A stretch of DNA of 64,000 nt, from positions 1 to 64,000 of the forward strand of contig NKIB01012799.1 in assembly GCA_002256025.1 (NCBI GenBank), given 5' to 3'. The notes under the pieces are model-generated. The model made no database searches, was not told the DNA's origin, and saw nothing but the letters and a program-made list of their open reading frames with translations. This DNA comes from Asterionella formosa (taxonomy: Eukaryota). The translations under genes and the position numbers were made by a program. Numbering within the stretch: the stretch's first letter is position 1; every line of letters starts with the position of its first letter. Shown here piece by piece: positions 61,512-64,000 of the stretch.

Positions 61512-61889
61512 ATGCGTTGCTCACTATTCCTTACTCTCCTTGTTGCTGTGTCTACCGCAGTTTCTTCAGCCTTTGTTGTAAAGGCTCCGGCTCGTACATC
61601 AGTGGTTCGTATGGAAGCTCAGAGGAACAAGTTCGTCGAGATCGCCACTACAGCAGCTATTGCTTTGTCGGTCTCGCCTCTGGCTGCTCTTGCCGATGAA
61701 GATTATGAATATGGAGCAGTCAGCGCCCCCATTGGCCTTGCCTGGGGTGTTGGCGTCTTGGCAATCTTGACTGCTTTACTTCCCATCGTTCTACGGGGCG
61801 GAGAAGAGGCCTTTGAGGAAATGAAGGACCGTGACAGCGATAGCTGGGGATCCGGAACGTCTGATCCTTTGGGCAAGAAGAAGAGATAA
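61512..61889 (+). CDS. Small plastid/thylakoid single-pass membrane protein
   Basis: Signal peptide with SSA-FVV (ASAFAP-type), basic transit region, second hydrophobic segment ending ALA (lumen-targeting-like), then YEYGAV, a TM helix and GGEEAF. Confidence 0.75.
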   Translation: MRCSLFLTLLVAVSTAVSSAFVVKAPARTSVVRMEAQRNKFVEIATTAAIALSVSPLAALADEDYEYGAVSAPIGLAWGVGVLAILTALLPIVLRGGEEAFEEMKDRDSDSWGSGTSDPLGKKKR

Positions 61890-62431
61890 ATGCTGAATTC
61901 TCATTCTATCGAAAGAGCCTGACAACCATCGTCCGTTCTTCAAACTATAGCAAATGGTGGAATTACTGTACCCCACAATATGGACGACCTTTTTAGTCAA
62001 CTAGTTGTGGAATGATCTACATAGCAATAAACTACTGCGCACTGATTGTAACTTTTTAGTGGCTTCTACAAAGTATTTATAATTGTGGAAGTGTCTCCAA
62101 CAGTACGCGATTGAAAAGATGGCATCAAACCTGCATTGATTTAGGTTAGTACACAATCACCTAGTCATTGTTTACTAGTGATCGAATCTTTCCCACGAGC
62201 TCATGTATAATGGTATTGAAGAGTTCTGAACAAGAAGTGTATTGTTGAATATACATATAAATGTCTTAATTAAACTACAAAATGACCTAATTCAAATTCC
62301 ACAAAAATGTGAACCACAACATCAAGTACATACACGAAAGTCACAACAAATGAGGTATTCTCTTGTATTTTGAGCTGTTGCACCCTTTTCGAGATTTTTT
62401 TCTCAATGTTTCTCATTAATTTGTACAGAAA

Positions 62432-62628
62432 AGGGAATGGCTTAGTGGTTAAGCACGTTGCCTTTGATCTGAGGTTGTGAGGTTTGATTCCTTCAATTTT
62501 TTTGAGAAGCAATTGATGGGTTCAACTCCCACACTCCTTACCGTCCCGCACGGTCTTGCCTGGTGTGCAAGAAATAGTGGGTTGCCCCCCTACAAGAAGC
62601 TTGTGCCGCCTTCCTAGGCGGTCGGAGT
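62432..62628 (+). mobile_element. tRNA-derived SINE-like element, copy C
   Basis: TGGCTTAGTGG A-box, GGTTTGATTCC, T-run, GGTTCAACTCC, body shared with copy B and hairpin CCGCC-TTCCTA-GGCGG. Confidence 0.75.
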
Positions 62629-64000
62629 TTCCCCTAACACTGCGGCTAAGACAATCACCTTTCGCAAAAGGTGGTTGGGGACTCACCTACGCTAACAAAA
62701 CTTGGGAAGCACAGGTCTTGTTGGCAGGTAGCACAATGAAATATTTGCCTTGAAAGAGGGGAGTACGAATGGGCTGTAAAGGATACTAACTTTTAATTTT
62801 CACAGAAACTAGAAATAATTATATGATAGAAATTATCAAACTACTCACTGCGGACTCAACAATGTCTCTACTTTTTCGTATCTTTCAAACTGATCAAACG
62901 CTGGCGAAAACGCATTCCAGTAGCGGCGATTTCAATTTCGTTGTCAATATCATAGACCATTCAAATGATTTCAACCCCATGGGTTTGGAACAGATGTATT
63001 TTTGCTGAAGGCAATACATTCCCGAGGTGGTCTCATGCCTGCGAGTATACATGTGTTCGAGGCAGGGTGGCGCCAGTAGGTTGACTGTACAAGTGGCGCC
63101 CCTGCTGGCGCTGTGAGACGAAGGTCACCCTACAAGTGCCATCCCAGCCAAGTACACATGTGTACGAGAAGGCATGTAGCCACCGAGAAGGGTATTGCTG
63201 AGGCAATTCACAAACTAGCTATCGTTGTGCCATTCGCTTGCCTAGCTACTGCCCACTCATCGAGTGTAAATGTCAATTTAAAATATATTTCGTATATTTC
63301 CTATCTTCACATCGAAATTTGCAATGGGTCCGATATTGCCCATGATTAAAATATATTTTTCATATTTCCATTTTGGCATTACAATTTGTAGCGATTGCCC
63401 CTCGGTTGTCCAGCCCTGGGATTGCCGAAATTGGCAAGGGGTCTACTTAAGGAAACCATTTTATATACTCTAGAGATTTTAATAATTTATATCTAGAATT
63501 CACCTCGTTTTTGTTCGTCTCCTGAAAAGTGGACTCCCGTAGTTCACCTTTCACCATGCCGATCGTCGTCCATCATTACTGGTTTGAAGAAAAATCAGTT
63601 CAGTGATGACGCCAGTAGCGATTCGTTGTCTAACTGATGCTGTTGGTTGTTGGATTGCTTATCTTCTCGAGGGATTCATGTAGTCGCATCGTCCATATTT
63701 CCACAGACGAATGATGATATTGATACATCTGATGTTGGCGGCAAGTTTTTGCTCCGGTCATGCATGTGAGATGCTTATCGGACATTCTACCAGTAGTCAT
63801 CTAGCCTACATAAGTACATGGTACTTGAAACAACCATGGATGGTTTAAGCTAAACTTTAATGCTTACTTTAAGCACGTTATGATATTATCTCTGTAGACT
63901 CGGTATTATCTTTATGAAACCAAAGAATGTTAAATTGTATCGTTCACATATTGATTGATTTTACGTACCAAATGCCCGATTTCGTCCTCACAATTAAAAT

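Noticed and set aside
61512..61889. Naming the small thylakoid protein PsbW
   Set aside because: Topology is similar, but I cannot confirm the family from motifs alone.

Overview
This is a eukaryotic nuclear window, very probably from a diatom or other photosynthetic stramenopile. The basis is short GT-AG introns, ASAFAP-type bipartite plastid-targeting peptides and a diatom-type Ty1/copia element. I can support about 16 protein-coding genes, including TrhO-like rhodanese, ataxin-2/Pbp1, WNK kinase, LSG1, UNC-45, acylphosphatase, DNAJC3, a Nudix hydrolase, GatB, a Tim17-family protein and a mucin-like membrane protein. TE-rich spacers separate them: a decayed copia element with a nested CACTA-like insertion, two MITEs, a LINE remnant, a tRNA-derived SINE-like family and an inverted dispersed repeat. 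The best finding is a two-exon gene at 23571-24321. Its apparent TGA stop is followed by GGT-TAA and then by a canonical type II SECIS hairpin, which points to a cryptic SelK/SelS-like selenoprotein (...LPQLST-U-G*) with an atypical signal-peptide and acidic N-terminal extension. Second, GGTACC(A/T) and TACCGGTA palindromic micro-arrays sit upstream of essentially every gene start and are rare elsewhere. A poly-G/N/poly-C tract at about 55.8 kb is an assembly gap. All calls come from reading the sequence by eye; no searches were run.
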